DNA of 64,000 bases from Anaerolineales bacterium (GCA_022450585.1 JAKUPR010000006.1:175-64174), one strand, 5' to 3'. Numbered from the stretch's first letter, positions 9,249-19,290 are shown. A program made the numbers and translations. The notes: generated from the letters alone by a model not told the origin.

Positions 9249-10706
9249 TTACGAACCTTGAGCCACCTGGCGTCCGTACTCTAGTAGTACCTTCACGTCG
9301 TTGACGGTACGTCCTTCTGCGTATACTCGTAAAACTGGCTCCGTTCCACTGGGCCTGATCAGTAGCCAGCTATCATTTTCCATAAGGTACTTTATCCCAT
9401 CTGTTGTCTGCAGTTCTTTTATGGATAGGTGACCGATAGTCTCTGGGGCTCTTTGTTGAAGGCGTCGTACTAATTCTTGTTTTTCAACCGGGTGATTAAG
9501 TCTCAAATCGTGGCGTGTATACTCCACAGGACCGAAATCACGAAGCACATTGTCCACTAATTCGTGCAGTGGGGAGTTAAAGGCGGCCATGACTTCTAGT
9601 AATAGTAGACCCATTAGGATGCCATCGCCCTCTGGGATGTGGCCCTTTATGCTGATGCCGCCAGATTCTTCACCGCCAATGAGAACATTGTTGGAGCGCA
9701 TCAAATCTGAGATGTGATTGAACCCTACCGGAGTTTCGTGCAGCGGTAGGTCGTAAAGTTCTGCCTGTCGATTTAACATACGTGTGGTTGATACAGTTTT
9801 TACTATTGCACCCGACTGATTTTTCTTTTCTACTAGGTAGCGTAGGCAAAGTGCCATTATGCGGTGGGCATCTATGAATTGCCCACGCCCATCTAAAGCG
9901 CCGATTCGGTCAGCGTCACCGTCCGTAATCAGCCCAACGTCCCCACGCCCGTTTGCAATGGCACTTGTAGTTGCACCAAGGTATTTCATAATTGGCTCTG
10001 GGTGCACGCCGCCAAAACCTGGATTCATCTCCCCTCGAATCTCCATTACCTCAAGACCGGTTCCTCCCAGAAGGTTTTTTAGGTAACTTCGTCCGGATCC
10101 GTACATAGCGTCGGCCACTACGTGCATGCGCTCGGGAAATCCGGATATTAGTTCCATGTCGATGATGTTACGTACATGGTCCGCATATGGCTGGAATGGG
10201 TTGAAACGGGTAATCATTCCAGACTGCAGCGCTTGGTCGAAATCCATTAGATTAGGTCCGCGCGCACGAGTTTCGTTGTCATTGAGGTAGATTTCTATTC
10301 GTCTGCACTGGGCAGGAAGAGCGCTACCACCATATGCGGATTTGAGTTTTATCCCGTTGTAACGGGGGGCGTTGTGAGAGGCTGTTACCATTACAGCACC
10401 CGCAGCATGCATGTGGGTTACCGCATAAGAAATTGCGGGTGTGGGTGCATCGGCGTGTGCGAGTTGCACCTTGATTCCATTAGCTGCGAGAACACGTGCT
10501 ACTTCCTGCGCGAATCGGTCGGAAAGGAAACGAGTATCGTGTCCGACTACCATGAGATGGGGGTCGTGGTGAGAATGGCTTTCATCTAGCCAATCCGGTG
10601 AGTTAACGGCGTCAGCTATGGCCTGAGCAACGAGGCGTAGATTACCAAATGTAAAAGTATCTGAGATGACGGCGCGCCATCCGTCTGTACCGAAATGAAT
10701 AGTCAA
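9249..10706 (-). CDS. Phosphoglucomutase/phosphomannomutase family protein
   Basis: Active-site loop TASHNAPRYNGIK, metal loop DGDADR and sugar loop GGEESGG. Confidence 0.85.
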   Translation of the reverse strand: MTIHFGTDGWRAVISDTFTFGNLRLVAQAIADAVNSPDWLDESHSHHDPHLMVVGHDTRFLSDRFAQEVARVLAANGIKVQLAHADAPTPAISYAVTHMHAAGAVMVTASHNAPRYNGIKLKSAYGGSALPAQCRRIEIYLNDNETRARGPNLMDFDQALQSGMITRFNPFQPYADHVRNIIDMELISGFPERMHVVADAMYGSGRSYLKNLLGGTGLEVMEIRGEMNPGFGGVHPEPIMKYLGATTSAIANGRGDVGLITDGDADRIGALDGRGQFIDAHRIMALCLRYLVEKKNQSGAIVKTVSTTRMLNRQAELYDLPLHETPVGFNHISDLMRSNNVLIGGEESGGISIKGHIPEGDGILMGLLLLEVMAAFNSPLHELVDNVLRDFGPVEYTRHDLRLNHPVEKQELVRRLQQRAPETIGHLSIKELQTTDGIKYLMENDSWLLIRPSGTEPVLRVYAEGRTVNDVKVLLEYGRQVAQGS

Positions 10707-10724
10707 CGAACGATACCCATAGCG

Positions 10725-12002
10725 TTATTCTGTGGAAATCTCCTGTATCACATCCTGAACGGCTGCAGATGTGTTGACGTGCCCACGGATAATATTACGC
10801 ACGGCTTTGCCTAGAGGGGGCCCAATTAGTGCCAAGGTGTCGTCATCTGGTCTTTCGTTGGCAGCAGCTAGTATCTCTAAGGCGAAATCTATCGGTGCTT
10901 CGTCAGGCCATGATTCTATTGCCTTTGTGCGTGGAGGCAAGTAACCTGCTTTCAGTGCCCATGTACCCATATTTTCTGGTTGCAGTAACCAGTCTACTAA
11001 TTCCCATGCGCCAGATTCGCGAGTCATGTCCTTGCTGATTAATGCGTAAAACCAGGACTCGGCCAATGTGTAGGGTTTTCCGCGTAGTGTTGGAGGTGCA
11101 CCTGCTGCGGTATTGGTGGCTAGGGACGCATCTTGAAGGTAACTGTGTGCATTTGTGATGACGAGGGGTGCGCGCAATTCTTGATATGCTGACCAAGTTT
11201 CTGGGCCTGAGGCGAAGTCCAAAGTGGAATTATTTAGTACCCCGGCGGTACGAGCTGCAACGTAATGATCCAGAAGCTGGGTCAATGCGGTAGTGCTTAT
11301 GGAGACAGAGACTGAGGAGCGTTCTTGGAGGGTGCCTCCAAGTGCGAGATATTGTTGTACTGCATAAATCGATTGTGGGTCTGCGGCGGGAAAAATTACC
11401 GGATATTTGCTATCCAGAACAGCTGCCCAGGTTGTTGGAGACTGTTTGTAAGCAGTGGTTGCGTAAGCAGCCACAAGCGCGTCGGTTGCAAAGGGTAAGG
11501 ACATTATGATTCCGTTGCGGCTGCCACTTTCTATGGCAAACTTGTAGTAATCGGCCTTGATGTCTGGGGTGACCAACTCATCTAGTTCAATAATCAGGCC
11601 ATTTGCTGCGGCCGCATCAAGGTTTCGTGCATTAATAACGATTATATCAGGCAATGCATCTGGTGCGGCTGACATCCCGGTTAGCAATGAATCAATCATG
11701 CCGCCTGCTCCAGAGGACCGTTTCACGCGTACTTTGATTTTTGTGTTCGCATTAGCTTGCTCGAATTGCTTCAATTGGTTGAGAAACTCTGCACCGGAAT
11801 CTGTGTCGGGCTTGGGTTCAAATTGGGGCGGCATCCACAGCCTTAGCGTTTTTCCCGGTGGATGGGGTGTATCGGTTACGATGGGTGCAGGCGTACTGCC
11901 AACTGCCATTGGGGACACCGCCGTTGGTTCGGGGGAGGCAGGCGTGGGAGTGACGCATGCGGCTAATAGTAGACCGCTGACCATGTACCAGCGTCGGAGC
12001 AT
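10725..12002 (-). CDS. ABC transporter extracellular solute-binding lipoprotein (family 1, sugar-type)
   Basis: Signal peptide with lipobox (MLRRWYMVSGLLLAAC) if started at the ATG at 12002. The track start at 12101 would overlap xseA. Pro/Thr-rich linker followed by an SBP_bac_1-like body. Confidence 0.7.
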   Translation of the reverse strand: MLRRWYMVSGLLLAACVTPTPASPEPTAVSPMAVGSTPAPIVTDTPHPPGKTLRLWMPPQFEPKPDTDSGAEFLNQLKQFEQANANTKIKVRVKRSSGAGGMIDSLLTGMSAAPDALPDIIVINARNLDAAAANGLIIELDELVTPDIKADYYKFAIESGSRNGIIMSLPFATDALVAAYATTAYKQSPTTWAAVLDSKYPVIFPAADPQSIYAVQQYLALGGTLQERSSVSVSISTTALTQLLDHYVAARTAGVLNNSTLDFASGPETWSAYQELRAPLVITNAHSYLQDASLATNTAAGAPPTLRGKPYTLAESWFYALISKDMTRESGAWELVDWLLQPENMGTWALKAGYLPPRTKAIESWPDEAPIDFALEILAAANERPDDDTLALIGPPLGKAVRNIIRGHVNTSAAVQDVIQEISTE

Positions 12003-12033
12003 CTCTGGATTATAGCATGGGCTGGGTGCTGAT

Positions 12034-12062
12034 TTGACAGTCATGCGGCGCTGGTTTACGAT
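12034..12062 (+). promoter_or_regulatory. Putative sigma-70 promoter for xseA
   Basis: TTGACA (12034-12039), a 17-nt spacer, then TACGAT (12057-12062), 28 nt upstream of the xseA ATG. Confidence 0.35.
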
Positions 12063-12089
12063 AGCTCGATAAGCTATACAGGATTTGCA

Positions 12090-13325
12090 ATGGAAACGCA
12101 ATTATCATTTCGTAGTCCCGGAGCCCAGTGGTCGGTTGCAGAGTTGACTAACTATCTGCGTGAACTGTTTGAAAGTGATCGAAAACTCCACGACGTAGCT
12201 GTTATTGGGGAAGTTTCGAATATTTCGCGACCTCGTTCTGGGCATATGTATTTCTCACTTACCGATGGAAAGGCTGCGCTTCAGTGCGTGATGTGGCGGA
12301 GCGATGTGGCACGGTTAGTTTTGGCTCCGCAGGATGGAGAACGTATGGTCGCTTATGGTAATGTTAGCGTCTATGCGGCATCTGGACGCTATCAATTGTA
12401 CGTCAACGCCATACAGCTTGCAGGTGAGGGTGAGCTATTGGCTCAGTTGGAAGTGCTGAAACGTAAACTGGCTGCGGAAGGCTTGTTTGATTTGGGTCAT
12501 AAAAGTCCGCTGCCCGCACTTCCGGAGCGTATAGCTGTAGTGACGTCACCAACTGGCGCTGCCTTTCAAGATATTAAACGGGTGCTCGCGCGCCGTTGGC
12601 CATTGGCGCAGATATCCCTTTTTGGCACTGCAGTTCAGGGTACCGGTGCATCAATGGAAATGGTGGCGGCTTTGCAAGCGGCTGACGAATTGCATCTAGA
12701 TGTCATCCTGCTTGCCCGTGGCGGTGGCGCAGCGGAAGATTTGTGGGCTTTCAATAATGAGGAAGTGGTTAGGGCTGTTGCTGCCACTACAACTCCGCTG
12801 GTGACTGGTATCGGTCATGAGACCGATTTCACTTTGGCGGATCTAGCATCTGACTTGCGGGCAGCGACTCCGTCTGCGGCTGCTGAAATTGCGACTCCCC
12901 ACCAGCGAGAGTTGCGCCAAGAGCTTGACAGACAATTTCAACGTCTTTCCGATAGTCTTAGAGTGCAGATTCAATTCCTTAGGGCAGAATTACGGGAATT
13001 AGAAATGGGTTTCCGGGATCTTTCGCCGCAGGTCCAGCTAGAGAGCGTGCAGCAGCGTCTACATCATCTTTCTTCTCAGGTTTTTTCCTCTGTACGCAAT
13101 TCCATAGAACTGCGTCGTCGAGATGTGTTCAGGATGGAACAGTCTCTTAGTAGTCTTGGGATTGAAGCAACGCTGGCGCGTGGATATGCGGTTGTGACCA
13201 ATAGATTCACTGGTGAGATTTTGCGGGAAGCAAGTGCCCTCACGGTGGGTGAAGTGCTCGATATACGTTTATACGATGGGGGTTTTTCGGCCGAGGTTGT
13301 GGGTATTCATAGAAGGGAGCAATGA
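12090..13325 (+). CDS. xseA: Exodeoxyribonuclease VII large subunit
   Basis: N-terminal OB-fold region (VSELTNYLRELFE.., GEVSN.SRPRSGHMYF.L.D), catalytic core (ARGGG..EDLW.FN.E) and a coiled C-terminus. Followed by xseB 1 nt later. Confidence 0.9.
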   Translation: METQLSFRSPGAQWSVAELTNYLRELFESDRKLHDVAVIGEVSNISRPRSGHMYFSLTDGKAALQCVMWRSDVARLVLAPQDGERMVAYGNVSVYAASGRYQLYVNAIQLAGEGELLAQLEVLKRKLAAEGLFDLGHKSPLPALPERIAVVTSPTGAAFQDIKRVLARRWPLAQISLFGTAVQGTGASMEMVAALQAADELHLDVILLARGGGAAEDLWAFNNEEVVRAVAATTTPLVTGIGHETDFTLADLASDLRAATPSAAAEIATPHQRELRQELDRQFQRLSDSLRVQIQFLRAELRELEMGFRDLSPQVQLESVQQRLHHLSSQVFSSVRNSIELRRRDVFRMEQSLSSLGIEATLARGYAVVTNRFTGEILREASALTVGEVLDIRLYDGGFSAEVVGIHRREQ

Positions 13326-13326
13326 G

Positions 13327-13542
13327 ATGGAGAAATATTCTGAATTGGAAACTCTTTCTTTCGAAGATGCCCTAAACGAACTAGAATCTGTAGTAGCAAA
13401 GCTCGAATCCGGAAAACTATCATTGGAGGAATCAATAAGTCTGTACCATCGTGGGCAACAGCTTTCGCATTATTGCAACTTGTTGTTAGATAGGGCGGAG
13501 TCGCAAATCGAATCGGACACGTCCGTGCTACACGATAAGTGA
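13327..13542 (+). CDS. xseB: Exodeoxyribonuclease VII small subunit
   Basis: MEKYSELETLSFEDALNELESVVAKLESGKLSLEESISLYHRGQQL is the classic XseB sequence. The ATG at 13327 lies just after the xseA stop, and the longer track ORF from 13213 overlaps xseA. Confidence 0.85.
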   Translation: MEKYSELETLSFEDALNELESVVAKLESGKLSLEESISLYHRGQQLSHYCNLLLDRAESQIESDTSVLHDK

Positions 13543-13549
13543 ACCATGC

Positions 13550-15115
13550 CTATCTTAAATGACGGAGATTGTTCCGGATTATGGCGGGTATTCGGAATGC
13601 CTGCTCGCTTCCCAGTAGAGCAGTAACCACCCAGAAAGTCATTCCTCCAAGTGCTACGCCTGAAAGGGTAAGAACAAGAACCGATGCTGGCCCTAGATTC
13701 ATCCAAATTGTCAGAACTAAAGCCATAGCGATCACGCCGCCTATTGTGCGGGCTATGCTGAACAGCATGGATTTGTCAATCGTCCAGCCGATTTTGGAAC
13801 GCAGTATCCACAAGAGTACGATCATCTCAAGTGTCGTTGCAATTGTATTTGCCAGCGCTAAAGCGCCGTGCGGCATCAGTCTGAAAGATTGGAAAGCTGC
13901 AGTGAGAATGATGCTAAGAGTGACGTTAATGAGCATAGTCATCAGTCCGATGGTGACGGGAGTACGGGTATCCTTCTGCGCGTAATAGGCCCGTGTGACT
14001 ATTTCAACTACAGAATGTGATACGAGCCCAAGTGCGTACCAGCTGAGTGCCCATACGACCATATCAGTGGATTGTGCTGAGAATCTGCTATTCTGGAACA
14101 ACGTGGAGATGAGTGGTTTTCCTAGCAGCCACAAACCTACGCTAGCTGGCATGGCAAGGTAGAGTGCAGCACGCAGGCTGGCGTCCAGAGAATTACGCAT
14201 AGCTTGTCTATCTCCAATAGCTGCCTGTGATGAGAATGTGGGAAACATTGCTGTCGCAATCGCCTGCGCGATGACAGCTAGTGGAAAGGTGAAGACTTGA
14301 AAAGCAATGATCAGGGCAGAAAGGCTGCCGGCGGTCAAACCGGAGGCAATGACCGTATTTACCCAGAAGTTGATTTGCCATACAGCTAGTCCGAACGTAC
14401 GTGGCAACATCAGGCGTGCGACTTCGCGGATGGATGCGTTATTGCGTCCTAGGTTCAGATGATATCGGCCTTGGTACTTTCTCAGCACTGGTAATTGCAC
14501 ACCTAGATGGAGCCCGGCCCCAATCAATACACCGAATGCTAGACCGCGTATACCCCAGTGCGGGGCTAGTGAAATAGCGCCTGCTATGATGCCGGCATTG
14601 TACAAGACAGGTGCAAGAGCAGGTGACAGGAAATGATGCTTGGAATGGTGCACTGCCATCAGTAATCCGCTGATTCCAAACACTACTGTTGACAACAACA
14701 TAATGCGCATTAGTGAGGCGGTCAGCTCAATTTGCTCCGGTGAGAACCCTGGTGCGAGGAAACGTTGTGTAAGCCATGGGGACAGCCCAGCTGCTAAAGC
14801 AGCCAGTGCTGTGGATGTAATTATGACCCAATTTAACATAGCGCTTGCCAATCTCCACGCACTATCTTGGTCGTTCTTTGTGAGCAATGCGGTAAAAGTG
14901 GGAATGAACGCAGATCCGAGTGCGCCTCCAGCAATGACATGAAAAATCAGATCTGGCACTCGAAACGCTGCGAAATACGCGTCTAAATCGGCACTTGTTC
15001 CGAATGCGCGATTAATGATCATCTGGCGCAGTAAACCTACGAGGTTGGATGCAATGAAAGCAATCATTACAATCCCCGCAGCCTTACTTGGGTTGCTGCT
15101 ACCATTTTTTGTCAT
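13550..15115 (-). CDS. murJ: Lipid II flippase MurJ (MviN family)
   Basis: 521 aa with about 14 TM helices. N-terminal SRLLGLLR-like motif (SNLVGLLRQMIINRAFG) and DAYFAAFRVPD, both typical of MurJ. Confidence 0.85.
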   Translation of the reverse strand: MTKNGSSNPSKAAGIVMIAFIASNLVGLLRQMIINRAFGTSADLDAYFAAFRVPDLIFHVIAGGALGSAFIPTFTALLTKNDQDSAWRLASAMLNWVIITSTALAALAAGLSPWLTQRFLAPGFSPEQIELTASLMRIMLLSTVVFGISGLLMAVHHSKHHFLSPALAPVLYNAGIIAGAISLAPHWGIRGLAFGVLIGAGLHLGVQLPVLRKYQGRYHLNLGRNNASIREVARLMLPRTFGLAVWQINFWVNTVIASGLTAGSLSALIIAFQVFTFPLAVIAQAIATAMFPTFSSQAAIGDRQAMRNSLDASLRAALYLAMPASVGLWLLGKPLISTLFQNSRFSAQSTDMVVWALSWYALGLVSHSVVEIVTRAYYAQKDTRTPVTIGLMTMLINVTLSIILTAAFQSFRLMPHGALALANTIATTLEMIVLLWILRSKIGWTIDKSMLFSIARTIGGVIAMALVLTIWMNLGPASVLVLTLSGVALGGMTFWVVTALLGSEQAFRIPAIIRNNLRHLR

Positions 15116-15743
15116 GATTATTTTGTGGTCACATATGAATGTGCGGGCGATTATAACCTAGCTAGGTCACAAGGTCATCTACTGGTATTTAGTGTCATGG
15201 AGGTTGTGGAAGTTTGCCTAATTTTTTTGCGTATCACGTGGAAACTATTTGAAGTTTATCAATTATGAACCGTAATGTATTGGATGAATTTGTTAGATAG
15301 CTTAGATAATATTAGGTCATCATTGCCATGAAAAATTCAATTAGAAGAGTGAGAGCCGGGAGGACACCCGGCTCTCCAGAAAGGAGGAGTGAAGAAGTGT
15401 TGCTGTCCTAAGCACAAATTTAAGCACATCTAAACTTGTCTATCATCAGCTTTTCCCTATGTTTCCCCTCCGTTCGTCCTATGAATAGCCCAGTATTTGT
15501 GTTTTTACCCAATATGTATGGGTACTGAGGAGACTGTATCCCTCAAATAGTGATTATTAGTGACGTACAAATCTATCAAAATAGGCGATAATTCTCTATT
15601 CTTGGGCATTTTCTGTGGAGTAAAAGAGTTTATACATTTCTTAAGATCGTTAAATATGTTATAAGGATGTTATGACAACGTGCTGTTATGTATAAAGGGC
15701 ATGTTTTCTCCAAGTATCTGATGATATTTTATGAGGGTATTTT

Positions 15744-17066
15744 ATGCAAATAGAGAATGGCAAAACTTTTGACATAGTTTGCAGATTGCTTGTAGCATTG
15801 GCTCTGTTTGTTGCTATTACCTTCAGCTTAACTGCTGGCAGCAGTTTTGCTGCCTCTGGGGACGCAGATGATGATGGAGTCGCGGATAGTGATGACAATT
15901 GTGGTTATGTATCCAACGCAGACCAGGTCGATGATGTCAGTGCGTTTTTGGTCCCAGGAGGTTACAACGAATATGGAAAAGCGGTGCATACACCTTTGTG
16001 GGCTCCGGCTGATAAAGGCAAGACGCGAATCTTTGTAGATGATGTACTAAAGATATCCGGGATCGACTACATTTGGAATACTGACGGACAGATTGAGTGG
16101 ATCAATGCACCCGTGAACAGTGTGTGGTTGGTAGTACTTGGAGATTCTGATGGAGCAGGTGACAAATGTTCTCCTAACCTCGGGGTTGATTTTGACGGCA
16201 TTCCAGACAAAGCGGACAATTGTCCTCTAATCTACAATCCATATCAGGAAGATACTTGGGGAACAAGTGCTGGCGATGCCTGTGAGAGTGGAGATGCTTC
16301 TCCTACGGATGTTTATCAGGTGTGGGCCAAGATGTACGAGCATGCCAATTATACAGGAGTGGAGGAAGTAATTCGTGTAAATGACATACTCCTCACTGGC
16401 AATGCGATCGGTGACAATGCCCTGTCATCGATTAGGGTTGGTCCCCATACAGCTGTATATGTTTATACATTACCTAATTATGGTGGTACTAGCGAATTTT
16501 TCGGCAGTGACGACTCGGATTTTATGGACAACACTGTTGGACATGATACGGTCTCATCCATTCGCATGTTCAGCACTGCTCCAATTTCTGTCACCAAGAT
16601 ATCCGTAGGGTTGGATTTCTGGTCGGGTATAAAGGGGCACGTCGGACTTATTATTGACTCGGAATTGGAAACTCTGGTGGGTTCTGGGTCAGGTAGTGCG
16701 GTCACTTTGCAACATGATTTTGTGGACAGTGTGCAGTCCATCACGGTCACCTATAATGGTGGTGGTGATTATCTGGTTTCCACGACAAATCTGGATGGTT
16801 CGGCAGGAGAGATTGCACATTTTCATTATGAAGGCATTACTGAGACTGTCGCAGCCGTTGCTAGCACTGTAGTTACTGCGACTGCTACTCCAACTCCTGC
16901 TCCTGCTGCTACACAGATAACATCCTCAAGTTATATCGTACAGAGTGGAGATTACCTTTTCAAGATTGCGACTCTCTATAATACAAGCGTTCAAGTGTTG
17001 GCACTGACCAACAATATTACAAACGCCGACTTGATTTTCGTCGGCCAAATTCTGACAATCCCTTAG
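15744..17066 (+). CDS. Secreted calcium-binding protein: two TSP type-3 repeats, beta-gamma-crystallin domain, C-terminal LysM
   Basis: - Signal peptide: ..LALFVAITFSLTAGSSFAAS.
- TSP3 repeats: DADDDGVADSDDNC...N..Q.D and DFDGIPDKADNCPLIYNPYQED.
- Two Greek-key motifs: YEHANYTG...DNALSSIRV and YTLPNYGG...HDTVSSIRM.
- LysM: YIVQSGDYLFKIATLYNTSVQVLALTNNI...IFVGQILTIP. Confidence 0.75.
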   Translation: MQIENGKTFDIVCRLLVALALFVAITFSLTAGSSFAASGDADDDGVADSDDNCGYVSNADQVDDVSAFLVPGGYNEYGKAVHTPLWAPADKGKTRIFVDDVLKISGIDYIWNTDGQIEWINAPVNSVWLVVLGDSDGAGDKCSPNLGVDFDGIPDKADNCPLIYNPYQEDTWGTSAGDACESGDASPTDVYQVWAKMYEHANYTGVEEVIRVNDILLTGNAIGDNALSSIRVGPHTAVYVYTLPNYGGTSEFFGSDDSDFMDNTVGHDTVSSIRMFSTAPISVTKISVGLDFWSGIKGHVGLIIDSELETLVGSGSGSAVTLQHDFVDSVQSITVTYNGGGDYLVSTTNLDGSAGEIAHFHYEGITETVAAVASTVVTATATPTPAPAATQITSSSYIVQSGDYLFKIATLYNTSVQVLALTNNITNADLIFVGQILTIP

Positions 17067-17099
17067 GATTAGACTCCCAAAGAAGGGTACCTGCAAAAG

Positions 17100-17591
17100 T
17101 CATTGGTGTAGGGTCCCATCTGGTAAGGTGGCCCCTGACAGGGTATTTGTAGTTGCCAATTGCTCTGAGGTAACAAGCGCTCCCTTCAGGTTTGCATCCG
17201 CGAGATAAGCGCCACGTAGGTCTGCGCCTCGCAAATCTACGTTGGTCATGTTGCTGCTGTTGAGCACTGCATTACGCAGTATCGCGTTTTGTAGAATTGC
17301 CCCTGAAAGATCGGCGTAACGCATGAATGCTCCCGTGAAATTTGAATCGCTTAGATTTGCGTCCACTAGCACTGCGTATTCGAGATCTGCTCCAGCCAAA
17401 CCAGTTTCAGGTTTGTGGTACCCGCTCAAATTAATGCCCTGAAGATTGCAACCTAGATTCTGTCCGGTAATTACGCGTGTGAGACTGTAAATGTCGGTGT
17501 TTCCGATTGCAGCGATGCCGAAATATGCAGCTAGGATAATTATCCCGGACATCGCTATGAACCATTTCTCACGTGGTATGAGTGTTTTCAT
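17100..17591 (-). CDS. Membrane-anchored pentapeptide-repeat protein
   Basis: N-terminal TM helix followed by about 20 consecutive A(D/N)LXX pentapeptides (ADLRGADLRGAYLADANLKGA...). Confidence 0.8.
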   Translation of the reverse strand: MKTLIPREKWFIAMSGIIILAAYFGIAAIGNTDIYSLTRVITGQNLGCNLQGINLSGYHKPETGLAGADLEYAVLVDANLSDSNFTGAFMRYADLSGAILQNAILRNAVLNSSNMTNVDLRGADLRGAYLADANLKGALVTSEQLATTNTLSGATLPDGTLHQ

Positions 17592-17673
17592 TCCCTCGCC
17601 TCGCTAAATGTGCATTTGTTGTGGGACCGTGGCAGTGAAGTGCAACGTGGACTCTAAACGGTATCCGGTAAAA

Positions 17674-18249
17674 TCAGAATGCGCCCAATTGCAAGGCTGT
17701 TATTAGTAGAGCAATACCAGCTAATCCCAAGGCAGCCGCCACCCAAATTATCCATAGTGGTTGCTGATTCTGATGATCCGTGTCTACTTGTCCTGCAGTG
17801 TTTCCTCTACTGGATTTATCACTATTCTGAAGTAGGGTATCAGTGGGTGGGCTATCCGGGGTTTGTGGGATAGAGGCAACTTCTGGGCCACTATCCGCGA
17901 CTGTTTTCTCCAGTGTAGTACTCTCTACTATTGGATTTGTGGGTGGCTTGGCTGTGGGAAGACTACGGTTAAGAGGCCGACGATGCTTCTTCGCTTCGAT
18001 TACCCACGGATCTCCGGGTGCTAGCAGCTGTGCCCTACGAATTGCCCCTGAACGTTCTTTAGAGTTTTCCGCAATATCCGCAAGCCATTTCCAGGCAAGC
18101 AGCGTACTTGGGTGATGTTGAACGAACTGTCGCAGTCCCTTACGCGCTGTTTTGATTTCTCCATTTTCTGCTTCGGCAATTAGGGCCAGCAATTCGGAGG
18201 ATTCTTGATGCATGTCATAACTATACATGATGATTATGCTTGTTGCCAT
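17674..18249 (-). CDS. Hypothetical tail-anchored protein
   Basis: Helical N-terminal region, Pro/Thr-rich linker and one C-terminal TM helix (LWIIWVAAALGLAGIALLITAL). No family recognised. Confidence 0.4.
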   Translation of the reverse strand: MATSIIIMYSYDMHQESSELLALIAEAENGEIKTARKGLRQFVQHHPSTLLAWKWLADIAENSKERSGAIRRAQLLAPGDPWVIEAKKHRRPLNRSLPTAKPPTNPIVESTTLEKTVADSGPEVASIPQTPDSPPTDTLLQNSDKSSRGNTAGQVDTDHQNQQPLWIIWVAAALGLAGIALLITALQLGAF

Positions 18250-18294
18250 ACAGATATTAAGTTACCTTCTGTATGATTCTGGTACAATTCGCGT

Positions 18295-18648
18295 ATGGTC
18301 ACAGATTCACATCATCTGATTACAGAGATAGAATCTGAGCTCCAAAAAGCTGAGATTGCGAGCCTTGGTGGCAACAAGGGCAAGGCGAGAGTTTGCGCTA
18401 GACGCGCAGCAGGGTGGGCGATTCGCGAATGGCAGTCCCAGAATGGTGTTTTCGAGCCACACCGGTCGGCATACTGGTATTTGCAGGTAGCAGCTGTAGA
18501 TTATTCCTTGCCTACTCATGTTCGAACGGCAGCGGGCCATTTGATTATGCGTATCAATGAAGATCACAATCTCCCAGTTGATGCTGATGTTTTGGCCGAT
18601 GCACGCGTACTAGTAGATTTCTTTTTAGATTCTAATCATGGCTCATAA
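18295..18648 (+). CDS. Hypothetical protein (117 aa)
   Basis: ORF of reasonable length, divergent from the previous gene. No recognisable motifs. Confidence 0.35.
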   Translation: MVTDSHHLITEIESELQKAEIASLGGNKGKARVCARRAAGWAIREWQSQNGVFEPHRSAYWYLQVAAVDYSLPTHVRTAAGHLIMRINEDHNLPVDADVLADARVLVDFFLDSNHGS

Positions 18649-18682
18649 ATTGCTCAATCTACGGGGATTGATATGACAACAA

Positions 18683-19219
18683 ATGCATGAAATCGTTTCA
18701 AATGAGTTGGGCTATGAAGGTCGATTACTGAAGCTGCGTGTTGAAACAGTCAGAGTAGGGGGTGGCCAGACTGTGACCAGGGAGGTGATCGAGCATCCCG
18801 GTAGTGTATCCATTGTCCCCATTGACGATGAGGATCGGGTTATCCTTGTGAGACAATATCGTCCGGCGGTAGCAAACATGTTGTTTGAAATACCAGCTGG
18901 CACATTAGAGCCAGGAGAGTCTCCTGAGGAGACCGCTCTCCGAGAACTGCGCGAAGAGATTGGGATGCGAGCGGAGCGGTTACGAGAGATTGGAAGCTAT
19001 TATCTGGCACCTGGGTATTCTTCGGAGCTCATGCATGCCTATGTCGCTAGTGGATTGAGGCCTGCTCCACTTCCCCGAGATTTGGATGAGGACATTAGAC
19101 TGGAGTCAATACCATTTACAGAATTGGCGGAGCAAGTTGTACGGGGAGTTTTGCGTGATGCCAAGACTGTGTCTGCTGTGCTACTTTTGGCCTATGAGCG
19201 TGGCTTACACGGGTGTTGA
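18683..19219 (+). CDS. NUDIX hydrolase, ADP-ribose pyrophosphatase-like
   Basis: Nudix box GTLEPGESPEETALRELREEIG. Architecture resembles NudF-type enzymes. Confidence 0.8.
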   Translation: MHEIVSNELGYEGRLLKLRVETVRVGGGQTVTREVIEHPGSVSIVPIDDEDRVILVRQYRPAVANMLFEIPAGTLEPGESPEETALRELREEIGMRAERLREIGSYYLAPGYSSELMHAYVASGLRPAPLPRDLDEDIRLESIPFTELAEQVVRGVLRDAKTVSAVLLLAYERGLHGC

Positions 19220-19281
19220 CTGCAGATTGATCTTCGTAATCTTCATTGTTGGATTGCTAGAGTACAGCGATTCGCCGCGCG

Positions 19282-19290
19282 TGCTATAAT
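19282..19290 (+). promoter_or_regulatory. Putative extended -10 promoter element upstream of dnaE
   Basis: TGcTATAAT at 19282-19290, about 97 nt upstream of the dnaE ATG. No good -35 element. Confidence 0.3.

Noticed and set aside
8084-17066. Possible genomic island integrated at tRNA-Arg, suggested by long non-coding DNA after the tRNA and an AT-rich segment at 15.1-17 kb
   Set aside because: I saw no integrase, recombinase or mobility gene, and no direct repeat of the tRNA 3' end by eye. The intervening genes (pgm, xseAB, murJ) are core housekeeping.
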